Source: Thermodesulfobacteriota bacterium (lineage in GTDB: Bacteria > Desulfobacterota > Desulfobacteria > Desulfobacterales > SURF-7). Taken from it: a DNA stretch of 64,000 nucleotides. The notes beneath the pieces are model-generated. The model saw only the letters and a program-made list of their open reading frames with translations. It did not search any database and was not told the DNA's origin. A program made the position numbers and the translations under genes. Of the stretch, positions 31,447 through 41,253 are shown in pieces. Numbering within the stretch: the first letter of the stretch is position 1; every line of letters starts with the position of its first letter. The DNA is taken from NCBI GenBank assembly GCA_049320885.1, contig JBMORA010000047.1, positions 1 to 64,000 of the forward strand, in the 5' to 3' direction.

Positions 31447-32769
31447 CTACTCGTTTTTCAGGGAGCCCTGCCCGGTGGACTCGATGACCGTTCTCCAGAG
31501 TTTGCCGTTTGGATTCACATGCTTGCGTTTTCCGGCCGAGGATTCCATGGGAACATGCACAAAATGGTTGTTCCAATGGCCGATGAGCAGCTTGGTTTTT
31601 CCCGCCATTCCGGCATGAACCGCATCCCGGCCGAGAAATCCGCAAAAGACGCTGTCGTTGGCATTGGCGGGCAGGCTGCGGATCATGTAGCTGGGATCGA
31701 TGTATTTCAAGGATACTTCCATATTCCTGGCGCTGAAGTACTGATTGATTTTTTCCTTCAGAAACAAGCCGATGTCCTTCAGCTTGATGTTGCCGGACGC
31801 ATCCCGTTCCGCATCCATGCCTTCAAAAAATTTCTGCCCCGCGCCTTCGGCGACCACGATCACGGCGTGTTTCCGGGACTCCAGGCGTTTTTCCAGCTTG
31901 GTCAGAAAGCCGTTGGGGCCCTCGAGATCGAAATCCACTTCCGGAATCAGCACGAAATTGACTTCCTGCTTGGCGAGGGTGGCGGTGGTGGCGATGAAGC
32001 CGGAGTGGCGGCCCATCAGTTTGATCAAACCAATGCCGTTGGGGTATCCCTCGGCTTCGTTATGGGCCCCCTCGATGGCCTGGGTCGCCACATCCACGGC
32101 GGTTTCAAAGCCGAAGGAACGGGCCACGAGATAAATATCGTTATCGATGGTTTTGGGAATGCCCACCACACTGATTTTCAAGCCGCGTTCCTGAATGTTG
32201 TCGGCGATTTTGTTGGCGGCCATGAGCGTGCCGTCTCCGCCGATCATGAAAAGGACGCCGATGTTCATCCGCTCCAGACAATCCACGATTCCGTCAATGT
32301 CTTGGGGGCCTCTGGAGGAACCCAGAATGGAACCGCCCATGTCGAGGATGTTTTCAACCCGCCGGGGAGACAGTTCCATCACATCATGGCCGAATTCGGG
32401 AATGAAGCCCTGCAGGCCATAACGGATGCCGTATATGTTGCGGACTCCGTAACGATAGTAAAGCTCGAGCACGATGGCGCGGATGATATCGTTCAGTCCC
32501 GGACAGAGCCCCCCGCAGGTCACCATCGCGCACCTGACCTTGCTGGCATCGAAATAGATATGGCTGCGCGGACCGGCCAATTCAAAAGAGGGAACCGGTT
32601 GCCCCGCGGCGATATATTCCAGCACCTTTTTTTCGTCGACGAACAGCAGCACGCGGTCCTCATCGGAGACGAAGTGATCCTTGGTGGTGTCCATTTCCTT
32701 GTGCAGCGGGGAGGGAATTCTCGCCGGTCCGATGCTGGATACCGTGGTATCGAAGGTTTCCAATTTCAT
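31447..32769 (-). CDS. pfkA: ATP-dependent 6-phosphofructokinase (long clade)
   Basis: TCGGLCPG, GGDGT (Gly, indicating ATP use), GIPKTIDND, LMGRHSG, YIDPSYMIRS. Confidence 0.92.
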   Translation of the reverse strand: MKLETFDTTVSSIGPARIPSPLHKEMDTTKDHFVSDEDRVLLFVDEKKVLEYIAAGQPVPSFELAGPRSHIYFDASKVRCAMVTCGGLCPGLNDIIRAIVLELYYRYGVRNIYGIRYGLQGFIPEFGHDVMELSPRRVENILDMGGSILGSSRGPQDIDGIVDCLERMNIGVLFMIGGDGTLMAANKIADNIQERGLKISVVGIPKTIDNDIYLVARSFGFETAVDVATQAIEGAHNEAEGYPNGIGLIKLMGRHSGFIATTATLAKQEVNFVLIPEVDFDLEGPNGFLTKLEKRLESRKHAVIVVAEGAGQKFFEGMDAERDASGNIKLKDIGLFLKEKINQYFSARNMEVSLKYIDPSYMIRSLPANANDSVFCGFLGRDAVHAGMAGKTKLLIGHWNNHFVHVPMESSAGKRKHVNPNGKLWRTVIESTGQGSLKNE

Positions 32770-32818
32770 AATTACCTCTTTTTAAAGGTTTTTATTTCAT
32801 ATTGACGCTGACGGCGAT

Positions 32819-33793
32819 CTAACTGCCATTGAACTTGAAGGCGCCTTTGCCGAGAATGTCGTGCAGATGTAAAATCCCTTGAATCACATTGTCCGGATTC
32901 GTCACCGGAAGAACCGTGATTTGATACTCCTCCATGATATTCAAGGCGTCGTAGACCGGTGTTTCCATGCCGATGGTGAGAGGGGTGGGGGTCATCACCG
33001 CTTCCACCGTCAGGCTGAGGATATCGTTCCGTTGGGTGATGATCCGCCGGATATCGCCGTCGGTGATGATGCCGGTGAGAACTCCTTTTTCCGCGACAAC
33101 CAGGACGACTCCCAATTTGAGCTGATTGATGATCGCGAGAGCCGTTTTCATTCCGCTGCCGGCGGGGATTTTCGGCACATCGTCGCCGGTCAGCATGATA
33201 TCGGTCACCTTCAGCAGAAGCCGCTGTCCCAGTGCGCCGCCGGGATGAAATTTCCTGAAATCGCTGAGGTTGAATTTCCGCTTGTTGATCAGGGTCACGG
33301 CCAGCGCGTCGCCCATGGCCAGCACGGCGGTGGTGCTGGCGGTGGGCACCATGCCGAGAGGGCAGGCCTCTTTCTTGACGCCGACATCGATGACGATATC
33401 GCTCAATCGGGCCAGGGTGGAAGTGGGCTTTCCCGTGAACGCGATGACCTTGCAGCCGATTTGCCGGATGTTGGGGATCAGGACGTTCAGTTCATCGGTT
33501 TCACCGCTGTTGGAAATGGCGATGAGGACGTCGTCCCGGCCGACGATGCCGAGATCGCCGTGCATGGCCTCCACGGGATGCAGAAACAGGGCCCTGGTTC
33601 CCGTGCTGTTCAACGTGGCGACGATCTTCTGGGCGATCAGACCGGATTTGCCGATGCCGGCCATGACGACGCGACCGTTGGAACGATAGATCAATTCCAC
33701 CATGTGGGCGAAACTGTCGGATATTTTTTCCACCAGATCGAGAATCCCCTCGGCCTCGATTTTCAATACTTCCTTTGCTTGTTCGACAATCAT
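32819..33793 (-). CDS. kdsD: KpsF/GutQ arabinose-5-phosphate isomerase
   Basis: GIGKSG, HP.EA.HGDLG, SNSGET, PTASTT, FHPGG.LG, CBS pair. Confidence 0.93.
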   Translation of the reverse strand: MIVEQAKEVLKIEAEGILDLVEKISDSFAHMVELIYRSNGRVVMAGIGKSGLIAQKIVATLNSTGTRALFLHPVEAMHGDLGIVGRDDVLIAISNSGETDELNVLIPNIRQIGCKVIAFTGKPTSTLARLSDIVIDVGVKKEACPLGMVPTASTTAVLAMGDALAVTLINKRKFNLSDFRKFHPGGALGQRLLLKVTDIMLTGDDVPKIPAGSGMKTALAIINQLKLGVVLVVAEKGVLTGIITDGDIRRIITQRNDILSLTVEAVMTPTPLTIGMETPVYDALNIMEEYQITVLPVTNPDNVIQGILHLHDILGKGAFKFNGS

Positions 33794-33838
33794 GGAGATA
33801 TCGTTTCCTCTATATAAGGTTGAAATTCACAAAAATAC

Positions 33839-33869
33839 TATTGACAATCGAAAAGTCAATATTTAATAT
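33839..33869. promoter_or_regulatory. Overlapping divergent promoters, palindrome TATTGAC-N9-GTCAATA
   Basis: TTGACA-N17-TAATAT on plus and TTGACT on minus; 7-bp inverted repeat. Confidence 0.55.
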
Positions 33870-33965
33870 CGCAGACCGGATTTGGATTATGCCGGAAGGT
33901 CGGCATGCATGTAAAACCAAACGTCCGGTGAGTATACACCAAATCATTGCGTGAGGATATAAAAA

Positions 33966-34172
33966 ATGGGAAATATAACCGAACTTTGTAAAGGCTGTGA
34001 AAAAATCGATCCGAGTGATAACTGCATGATTTATGCAAATCCGTCCGCCCAGATGCGTTGGGTCGGCGGTCAGTCCAGGCTGGGCTGCGCCTTCAATCGC
34101 AAGACCCATGTGGTGGACAAAGGGCCCCAGGTAAAAACCCGCGTCGGTCAACAGAAACAGAAAAAGAAATAA
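33966..34172 (+). CDS. Small Cys-rich basic protein, PxxKW-family-like
   Basis: CxxC..C..Y..P...C pattern and RVGQQKQKKK tail; has its own promoter, GAGG RBS and terminator. Confidence 0.7.
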   Translation: MGNITELCKGCEKIDPSDNCMIYANPSAQMRWVGGQSRLGCAFNRKTHVVDKGPQVKTRVGQQKQKKK

Positions 34173-34230
34173 GCCCGGAACCGGTATTTGCCGAAGTTTT
34201 GTGGCGGTTGGCCTTGAGGGACAATTGCTG

Positions 34231-34265
34231 AAAACCCTGCCTGGAAGTGTGGCGGGGTTTTTTTT
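34231..34265 (+). terminator. Intrinsic terminator
   Basis: AAAACCCTGCC-loop-GGCGGGGTTTT followed by a T run. Confidence 0.8.
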
Positions 34266-34333
34266 ACCCGGAACCGTGTTCCCGGAACAAGGACAACCCG
34301 ATCAGAAACCGAACTATTACGAGGAAAAACGCC

Positions 34334-35641
34334 ATGAACCCCCTTGCGGAAGAATTGAATCGAAATCTTGAAAAAAATCAACCGGTCATCCTGTCGATGC
34401 TGTCTGAAATGGGCAAGAATCTGTTTTTCCCGAAGGGAATTCTCAGCCAGAGCGCCGAAGCCAAGCAGAAGGCCCATAAATTGAACGCCACCATCGGCAT
34501 CGCCACGGAGGGCAAGGGCATTATGCATTTTTCCTCCATCATGAATCAGATGAACGATCTCAAACCGGAGGAAACCCTGACCTATGCGCCTTCCTTCGGC
34601 ATTCCCGCGTTGCGGAAAGCCTGGCAGCAGGCGATCGTCGAAAAAAATCCCTCCCTTTCCGGCCGGGCCATCAGCCTGCCGGTGGTGACCTGCGGGATTA
34701 CCCATGCCCTCAGCATTTTCGGCGATGTCTGGGTGAACCCGGGGGATACGATCCTGCTGCCGGATATGATGTGGGGCAACTACAACATGATTTATTCCGT
34801 CCGCCGGGGCGCCCGGATCGCCTCATACCGGTTGTTTTCCCCCGAGGGTGGCTTCAACCTCGCGGCCTTTGAGGCCTGTCTGCGTCAGGAGGCTGAAAAA
34901 CGGGACAAGATCATCGTGCTGCTGAACTTCCCGCAGAATCCCAGCGGATACACGGTCACCAAAACCGAAGGCGCCCGGATCGCTGATATCCTGACCGAGA
35001 CGGCCGCCCGGGGGACCAAAGTCATCGTCGTGCTGGATGACGCCTATTTCGGCCTCTTCTATGAAGAGGAGACCATGAAGGAGTCCCTGTTCTCCCTCCT
35101 GAGCGATCGCCATGCCAATCTGCTGGCGGTCAAGCTGGACGGCGCCACCAAGGAGAATTTCGTCTGGGGGTTGCGGGTCGGGTTCATCACCTACGGCTGC
35201 AGGATCGAGGGCGATGCCGCCCTGGTCTACGAGGCGTTGGAACGCAAGACCGCCGGCGCCATCCGGGGAAATATTTCCAATGCCTCCCACCTGGGCCAGA
35301 CCCTTACCTTAAAATCCATGCAGAGCGAGACGTACCGACAGGAGAAGGCGGCGAAGTTTGCGATTCTGAAAAAGCGGGCCAACCGCGTGAAAGCGGTCCT
35401 GGCCGACCCCAAGTACCGGGATGCCTGGGATGTCTATCCCTTCAATTCCGGCTATTTCATGTGCATCCGGCTCAAGGCGGTGGATGCGGAAACCCTGCGC
35501 CGCCATCTGCTGGAACGCTACGGCGTGGGGCTCATCGCCCTCGGGGAGCGGAACCTGCGGGTGGCTTTTTCCTGCCTGGAAGAAAACGAAATCCAGGAGC
35601 TTTTCGATATCGTTCTCCAGGGCGTGACGGATCTGGCCTGA
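34334..35641 (+). CDS. PLP-dependent aminotransferase class I/II
   Basis: NATIG, NFPQNPSGY, DDAYFGL, DGATKE..WGLRVGF. Confidence 0.9.
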   Translation: MNPLAEELNRNLEKNQPVILSMLSEMGKNLFFPKGILSQSAEAKQKAHKLNATIGIATEGKGIMHFSSIMNQMNDLKPEETLTYAPSFGIPALRKAWQQAIVEKNPSLSGRAISLPVVTCGITHALSIFGDVWVNPGDTILLPDMMWGNYNMIYSVRRGARIASYRLFSPEGGFNLAAFEACLRQEAEKRDKIIVLLNFPQNPSGYTVTKTEGARIADILTETAARGTKVIVVLDDAYFGLFYEEETMKESLFSLLSDRHANLLAVKLDGATKENFVWGLRVGFITYGCRIEGDAALVYEALERKTAGAIRGNISNASHLGQTLTLKSMQSETYRQEKAAKFAILKKRANRVKAVLADPKYRDAWDVYPFNSGYFMCIRLKAVDAETLRRHLLERYGVGLIALGERNLRVAFSCLEENEIQELFDIVLQGVTDLA

Positions 35642-35753
35642 TATCCTTGCTCCGTAAACAATCGTGCCGGACGCAATTCCCGAAGCCTGCCGGTGCGGCT
35701 TCGGGTTTGCGCCCGGCCTGCCGTGTTCTCCCCCCTCGCCGCGAAAGAGCGGC

Positions 35754-37499
35754 CTAGTTCTCCTCATATCGTTGCGCCGGATGGACTTCCCGGCCGATGT
35801 GCTCCCAGTGAAGCGAAAACCCCTTTCCGGTGACAATGGATTCATCGGTCACCGCAACCCGGCCGTCCTCCGGCAGGACCACTTCCATGGGGCATTTATC
35901 CAGGATGTCTTGTCGCACATCCACCCCCGGCATGACCTCGGTCAAGAGCATGCCGCGTTCCGTCAGCCGGAACACCCCCACGTTGGTGACATACAGCACG
36001 GTTTTACCTTTTTTCAAGGCCTGGGCGCCGCTCATGGTGATTTCGGAAACCTTGGCGACGAATTTGTGGGGACCGGGTTTCCGGATGCGCAAGCGGCCGT
36101 CGGTGATTTCCAGTTCGGCATGGGCCATCCAGCTGCCCACGAAGATAATCGTATTGGCAGCGGTGCAGAAATCGGGAAATCCGCCCGGTCCGACATAATT
36201 CAAGGGACCTTCGCCGCGTCTGGAAACATTCAGATTGCCGCGGCTGTCGGCCTCCAGAATGCCCAGGATCGCCGCATCCAGATGATCGTAGCATAAATGG
36301 AAAACCTGGGCGGAAGACATGATTTCCTTGGGATTCACGGCTGCGCCGAAAAATACGCCCGGGGCCGGCATGCCGCCCACCACACCGGTTTCGGACATGA
36401 AGGTCACATCCGGGAACAGGCCGCCTTCATAGATCAGTCGGGCGACTTCCTCCGGCAAGCCCACGCCGATGATGATATTGCTGCATTTTTTAACATGACG
36501 GGTGAATACCGAGGCGGCCAGCCGGGCCAGGGCATCCTCCACCGGACCGCGCTTGGGGGTGATTCCCAGGAAGCGGTTGATGAACCGAAGTTTTTCGATG
36601 GATTCGTCCATGTTTTCTTGGGCCCCTTCGGTGAACATTTTCCAGTATTTGCGCTGGGGAATCGAACCGGTTTGCTCGTTATGGGGGTGAACCACCAGGG
36701 CGTCCACCATGTGGGCGGGCAGAAAGATGTTGGCCGGATCCTTTTCGATGATTTCCGCGACGCTCACCAGCACTTTGCCGCCGTTGGCCCGGGCGGCCAG
36801 GGCCGATTCATGGCTTTCGGTGAACAGACAGCAATTCCGGATGTAGATGTTGCCCTCCCGGTCGGCTGCCGGGGCGATGAAGTACGCCACGTCGATGGGC
36901 GGGAAGCGGTAGCGCAGCTTGTCCCCGGCCGCTTCGGAAAGGCTTTGCCCGCTTCCGGGAGCCACCACCGTGCCGTTGCCCACCCGGGGATCCAGGAAAG
37001 TTCCCACGCCGGTTTCGGTTTCCAGATCGAATTGGCCGCGAATCTGGGCTTCGATCAGGAAGGTTTCGATGCCCTGGGGAAAGGTATGCAGTTCGACAGC
37101 CCCCTGGTCGGCCAGTTTCAGCATGGATTTGACGGTTTCATGATGTCCGGCGATGAAGCGGGTGATCAACCCTTTGTGCTTGCCGAGTTCCTCGATGGTA
37201 CCGGGGACCCGGCCGCGCCCGCCCTGGGCGCCGACGATGATATGGGTCAGGTCACGGGGATGCCCGGTTTCCCGGAACAACCGTTCGATTGCCCAGAAAA
37301 AGACCGAGGGCCGGGCGTTGCCAGCCATGGCGCAGGAAAAGGTGGTGGCGCCGTCCGGAATCATCCTGACCGCTTCCATGGCGGTCATGAATTTGGGATG
37401 GTCGATCCCCTTGGGTCGATAGTCCAGATCCTTCCGGTTCCATGTCAGGCGCCATTTCAGAATATGCAATACCAAGCGGCTTTTTTCGAAAATGTTCAT
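35754..37499 (-). CDS. Family I fused acyl-CoA:acetate CoA-transferase (Pct/YdiF-like)
   Basis: GVGTFLDPR, AD.EGN, IGVGLP, SETG (catalytic Glu), GN.NVS, GPGGF.D, EVMPGVD. Confidence 0.88.
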   Translation of the reverse strand: MNIFEKSRLVLHILKWRLTWNRKDLDYRPKGIDHPKFMTAMEAVRMIPDGATTFSCAMAGNARPSVFFWAIERLFRETGHPRDLTHIIVGAQGGRGRVPGTIEELGKHKGLITRFIAGHHETVKSMLKLADQGAVELHTFPQGIETFLIEAQIRGQFDLETETGVGTFLDPRVGNGTVVAPGSGQSLSEAAGDKLRYRFPPIDVAYFIAPAADREGNIYIRNCCLFTESHESALAARANGGKVLVSVAEIIEKDPANIFLPAHMVDALVVHPHNEQTGSIPQRKYWKMFTEGAQENMDESIEKLRFINRFLGITPKRGPVEDALARLAASVFTRHVKKCSNIIIGVGLPEEVARLIYEGGLFPDVTFMSETGVVGGMPAPGVFFGAAVNPKEIMSSAQVFHLCYDHLDAAILGILEADSRGNLNVSRRGEGPLNYVGPGGFPDFCTAANTIIFVGSWMAHAELEITDGRLRIRKPGPHKFVAKVSEITMSGAQALKKGKTVLYVTNVGVFRLTERGMLLTEVMPGVDVRQDILDKCPMEVVLPEDGRVAVTDESIVTGKGFSLHWEHIGREVHPAQRYEEN

Positions 37500-37577
37500 G
37501 CTCCCCTCCCTTGCAGCCGTCATTCAACGATCCGGAATCCGTTTTTTCTGTTTCGCGGAATTGACAATCAAGGGAGA

Positions 37578-37592
37578 GCAAACCACATGCCA
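37578..37592 (-). promoter_or_regulatory. sigma54 promoter for the CoA transferase
   Basis: TGGCATGTGGTTTGC, near-consensus -24/-12. Confidence 0.8.
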
Positions 37593-37781
37593 GGCGGTTC
37601 TATTTCCGAATTGATCTTATAACATTCAGAATATATTTGAAATTCAAGATCACTGGATTTCGGTGGGGGGTGTTGTTGAGGGTCGGGATGTCGGAATTTC
37701 TAGCAGTCAGTAAAACATTTTCAAACCCGGTTGTTCATGACTGGTAATGGAATTCAGCAATCCGCATGATAAACGTGCATG

Positions 37782-37836
37782 GACAATATTCCTTGAAAAT
37801 CCTTCATTGACATTATGATTTTCAAGGAATATTGTC
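37782..37836. repeat. Perfect 20-bp inverted repeat with a 15-nt spacer, overlapping a sigma70 promoter
   Basis: GACAATATTCCTTGAAAATC / GATTTTCAAGGAATATTGTC; TTGACA in the spacer and TATTGT 17 nt downstream. Confidence 0.92.
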
Positions 37837-37841
37837 GGACC

Positions 37842-38987
37842 ATGATTCCACGTCCCCAATTGCTTGACCGTATCGAAGAGGTTTTTCGGATTCACCCGGT
37901 GACGGCCCTGCTGGGGCCGCGTCAGTGCGGCAAGACCACCCTGGCGCGCATGCTGGCGGCGCAGCAGCCGAGCACTTTTTTCGATCTGGAAAATGTCGTC
38001 GATCTTCGTCGCCTGGAAATCCCCTTGCAGACATTGGACGGGCTTTCCGGCCTGGTGGTACTGGACGAAATTCAGCGACGGCCGGATCTGTTTGAATTGT
38101 TGCGGGTGTTGGCGGATCGTCCTGGGAATTCCGCCCGTTTCCTGATTCTTGGTTCCGCTTCACCAACTCTTGTCCGGGGAGTTTCCGAGTCGCTGGCCGG
38201 ACGCATCGGATTTGTGGATATGACCGGCTTCACGCTCCAGGAGGTGGGAAGCGAGAAGCGGGATGTACTCTGGAACCGCGGTGGCTTCCCGCGGTCGTTT
38301 CTGGCAAACGATGACCGGGATAGCAACCAATGGCGGGAGAATTTCGTCCGGACCTTCCTGGAACGCGATATTCCCCAGTTGGGGATCCGGGTTCCTTCCG
38401 AAACCTTGCGGCGATTCTGGACAATGGTGGCCCACTATCACGGTCAGGTGTGGAACGCCGCTGAATTCGGGCGATCCCTGGGAGCGTCGGAGAACACCGC
38501 CCGCCGGTATCTGGATATTCTGGCCGGCGCATATATGATTCGAATTCTTCCGCCCTGGTTCGAAAACCTCCCCAAGCGTCAGGTGAAAGCACCCAAGATA
38601 TATATCCGGGACAGCGGAATGCTGCACACCTTGCTCCAGGTGGCCACGCATGTCGATCTCCAGGGTCATCCGAAAATCGGAGCCTCCTGGGAAGGGTTCG
38701 CCTTGGAACATGTGATCAATTTCCTGGAAACCCGCGATGCCTATTTCTGGGGCAGCCACGGCGGCGCCGAGCTGGATCTGCTGGTGATGACAAAAGGCAA
38801 GCGCTATGGGTTTGAATTCAAATACAGCGACGCGCCCGGCAGCACCCGCTCCATGCATGCCGCCATTCAGGATCTGGGATTGGAGCATTTATGGGTGGTG
38901 TATCCGGGCTGGCAGGAATATGAGCTGGGTGAACGGATTTCCGCTGTTCCGCTTTCTACCTTCTTGCCCCGCATAGCAGTGAATTAG
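37842..38987 (+). CDS. AAA+ ATPase with DUF4143 (COG1373-type) and a C-terminal PD-(D/E)xK-like region
   Basis: GPRQCGKT, LDEIQ, LGSAS, GGFP, K.PKIY.RDSG, ELDL..GFEFK. Confidence 0.9.
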   Translation: MIPRPQLLDRIEEVFRIHPVTALLGPRQCGKTTLARMLAAQQPSTFFDLENVVDLRRLEIPLQTLDGLSGLVVLDEIQRRPDLFELLRVLADRPGNSARFLILGSASPTLVRGVSESLAGRIGFVDMTGFTLQEVGSEKRDVLWNRGGFPRSFLANDDRDSNQWRENFVRTFLERDIPQLGIRVPSETLRRFWTMVAHYHGQVWNAAEFGRSLGASENTARRYLDILAGAYMIRILPPWFENLPKRQVKAPKIYIRDSGMLHTLLQVATHVDLQGHPKIGASWEGFALEHVINFLETRDAYFWGSHGGAELDLLVMTKGKRYGFEFKYSDAPGSTRSMHAAIQDLGLEHLWVVYPGWQEYELGERISAVPLSTFLPRIAVN

Positions 38988-39826
38988 TGTAGCAGATCCT
39001 CATGGAAAACGCTGAAGACGAGACGCTGCCCATCGAAAGGGCAGTCGAATTCCAGGGCCACGCAGGCCAGGCGAAGACCCGTCTTGTTTTTGTTGTTCCG
39101 GCCGTAGCGGGGGTCACCCATCACCGGGTGGCCGATGAGGTCGAAATGGCGGCGGAGCTGGTGATATCGGCCGGTTTCAATGTCCGCTTCCACCACGGCG
39201 GTATCCGTGTCCGGGTGGTAGGCCGCCACTTGGTAAGTGGTCAGGGCCGGTTTACCGTCCAGGGCCAGGTCGATCCGGCCGTTGCTCCCGTTTTCCCGGC
39301 CGGGGTTCCCCCGCACTTCCAGGCGATAGGTTTTACGGACCAGGCGTTCCCGGAACAGCCGGGAAAGCCGTCCGGCAGCGTCTTTTGAATGGGCCAGCAG
39401 CATCAAACCGGCGGCCTCGCGGTCCAGGCGGTGAACGATGTGCACCGGCCGGCGCGGCTGAAAAGCGATTTCCGCCATGCGCTGGAGGGAGCAGTGGTCA
39501 CCGTAGCGGGTCCCCTGGGCCATCAGTCCGGCGGGCTTGATCCAGACGCTGTACTGTCTCCGGTCTTCCAGGCAGCGGGCCGGGGGCGGTTTGCGGGCAA
39601 GCAGTTCCGCGTCATAGTGCAATTCCAGGATGTCGCCGGCCCGCGGAACGGTGACGGCCCGGCGACAGCGGCGGGCCGCTCCCTTGGAATGGAGACAGAC
39701 GGCGCCTTTGAGCATGGCGTCCTTGACCGCCTGTTTGGACAAACCGGTTTCCGCGGCGAGAATGGCGCAGACCGGGCGCGTCTCGCCGGAAACCACTTTC
39801 AGGGTTGCGGAGAATTTCGTCTCCAT
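38984..39826 (-). CDS. RluA family pseudouridine synthase
   Basis: KPAGL, VHRLDR (catalytic Asp), TGRYHQLRRH, GHPVMGD.RY. Confidence 0.93.
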   Translation of the reverse strand: METKFSATLKVVSGETRPVCAILAAETGLSKQAVKDAMLKGAVCLHSKGAARRCRRAVTVPRAGDILELHYDAELLARKPPPARCLEDRRQYSVWIKPAGLMAQGTRYGDHCSLQRMAEIAFQPRRPVHIVHRLDREAAGLMLLAHSKDAAGRLSRLFRERLVRKTYRLEVRGNPGRENGSNGRIDLALDGKPALTTYQVAAYHPDTDTAVVEADIETGRYHQLRRHFDLIGHPVMGDPRYGRNNKNKTGLRLACVALEFDCPFDGQRLVFSVFHEDLLH

Positions 39827-39846
39827 GGAGATAGGCCGGAATATCC

Positions 39847-40848
39847 CTATGCGGGAATGAATTCCAACGGCCGGGCCTCCTTCAGGCTGATGGCGTTTTC
39901 CGGACAGGTGACCTGGCACAACCCGCAGCCCATGCATTTATCAGCGATGACCCGCATATATTCCGAAGTCCCGTCCGCCACCTCCTCGATGGCGTTGAAA
40001 TAACAGCGATCCCGGCAGGTCCCGCAGAAACTGCACTGCTCCGGATCGATGGCCGCCTGGAAGCGGCTGGGATCGCAAATCTTGAGTCCCTCGGCGATGA
40101 CCAGGGGCAGGGCCTGGCAGCAGCAGCTGCAGCAGTTGCAGATGAAATGACCCACATGGGCCTTGTTCATGGTGACATGCACCAGACCTTTTTCCTCGGC
40201 CTCCCGCAGCAGTCTCAGGGCTTCCTGCTTGTCGATCTCCCGGCCGGAGCCGCGATCGATGGTATAGAGCGCTGCATTGTTCACCTGGAGACAGACCTCC
40301 AGGGGTTTGTCGCATTTATGGGCGATGTAGCGGCAGGTGCATTTGGTGACGGCGATTTTTTCCGCGGTCTCGATGATCCGGTCGACGCTGTCGGCGTCCA
40401 GGATCTGATGCTTGCCGGTTTCAATGGATTTCTGAACCGGAATGATCCGGGTAAAGGGTTTGGGGAAAAACTGTTCCGCCAGCCTCGCGAACAGGGGCCA
40501 TTCCTCTTCCATGAATTTCTGCCAGAGGTCGAGATACTCCCGGGAGGCATCGGCCCATAAAATGGTGGCGTCGTGGAATTGGATCATGTCCCGGCACATT
40601 TTGTAACCGAGACTGTCGCCTTTGTAGGTTTTGAACGCCAAACCCTTTTTGTAAAGCGTCCGGCACATTTCCGCTGTGGAGTCCGCGGGGCGGCCCAATT
40701 TTTCCGCCAGCTGTTCCGGCGTGCCGGGCATGGCCATGAGGAGTTCGGCCTCTTCCGGGTCGGCGATCATGCGGAACAATTCCGGGATGATCCTGGAGCC
40801 GGTCATCATGATCTTATCGGTCATCTGTTCATAAATGGTCTTGGTCAT
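39847..40848 (-). CDS. Fe-S protein with an N-terminal wHTH-like region, CNCC motif and 2x[4Fe-4S] domain
   Basis: CTCR..C..C, ICNCCSCCC, CSFCGTC..RC, CMGCGLCQVTCP. Confidence 0.85.
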   Translation of the reverse strand: MTKTIYEQMTDKIMMTGSRIIPELFRMIADPEEAELLMAMPGTPEQLAEKLGRPADSTAEMCRTLYKKGLAFKTYKGDSLGYKMCRDMIQFHDATILWADASREYLDLWQKFMEEEWPLFARLAEQFFPKPFTRIIPVQKSIETGKHQILDADSVDRIIETAEKIAVTKCTCRYIAHKCDKPLEVCLQVNNAALYTIDRGSGREIDKQEALRLLREAEEKGLVHVTMNKAHVGHFICNCCSCCCQALPLVIAEGLKICDPSRFQAAIDPEQCSFCGTCRDRCYFNAIEEVADGTSEYMRVIADKCMGCGLCQVTCPENAISLKEARPLEFIPA

Positions 40849-41029
40849 GGCAGCTACCCTTCCGATAGGCGTTCGGTCATGTCAATGCGGCAGCATCCGT
40901 TGGGCATTCCCGGTTCGAATGGTTGCGGATGGCGCCGGCTGTACTGCAAACAGGAGGTGTTCCGTCAGGCACTATATAGTCCATATCCGGCGGTAACGCA
41001 AGGGCATGGCGGGCGACTTGCACGGGGCC

Positions 41030-41064
41030 AAAAAAAACGAACAGCCGCTGGCATCGGCTGTTCG
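41030..41064 (-). terminator. Intrinsic terminator
   Basis: CGAACAGCCG-7 nt loop-CGGCTGTTCG followed by U8 on the minus strand. Confidence 0.88.
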
Positions 41065-41106
41065 CTTTGAAAAAACTGGCAATTTCGGAAAGGAGGAGAA
41101 GTTGAT
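41030..41106 (-). ncRNA. Candidate sigma54-dependent small RNA with an anti-SD seed
   Basis: Bounded by a sigma54-like promoter and a terminator; contains CUUCUCCUCCUUUCC; no plausible translated ORF within the predicted transcript. Confidence 0.6.
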
Positions 41107-41117
41107 TATAACAATAT

Positions 41118-41132
41118 TCAAAACCCGGGCCA
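41118..41132 (-). promoter_or_regulatory. sigma54-like promoter (TTGA variant at -12)
   Basis: TGGCCCGGGTTTTGA with correct -24/-12 spacing. Confidence 0.62.
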
Positions 41133-41169
41133 AGTGCGCTGATTTTGGTAAAAAAATTTTTAGATGGAA

Positions 41170-41182
41170 TATCAATAGGTTA
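41170..41182. promoter_or_regulatory. IHF binding site
   Basis: TATCAATAGGTTA, exact match to WATCAANNNNTTR, between the sigma54 site and the candidate enhancer. Confidence 0.65.
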
Positions 41183-41253
41183 ATTTTTAGCTCAGCTGGG
41201 CCTTGATCCGGAGACCTTATCTCATCCCGTGGTACAGTCCCATGGATCAGGAT

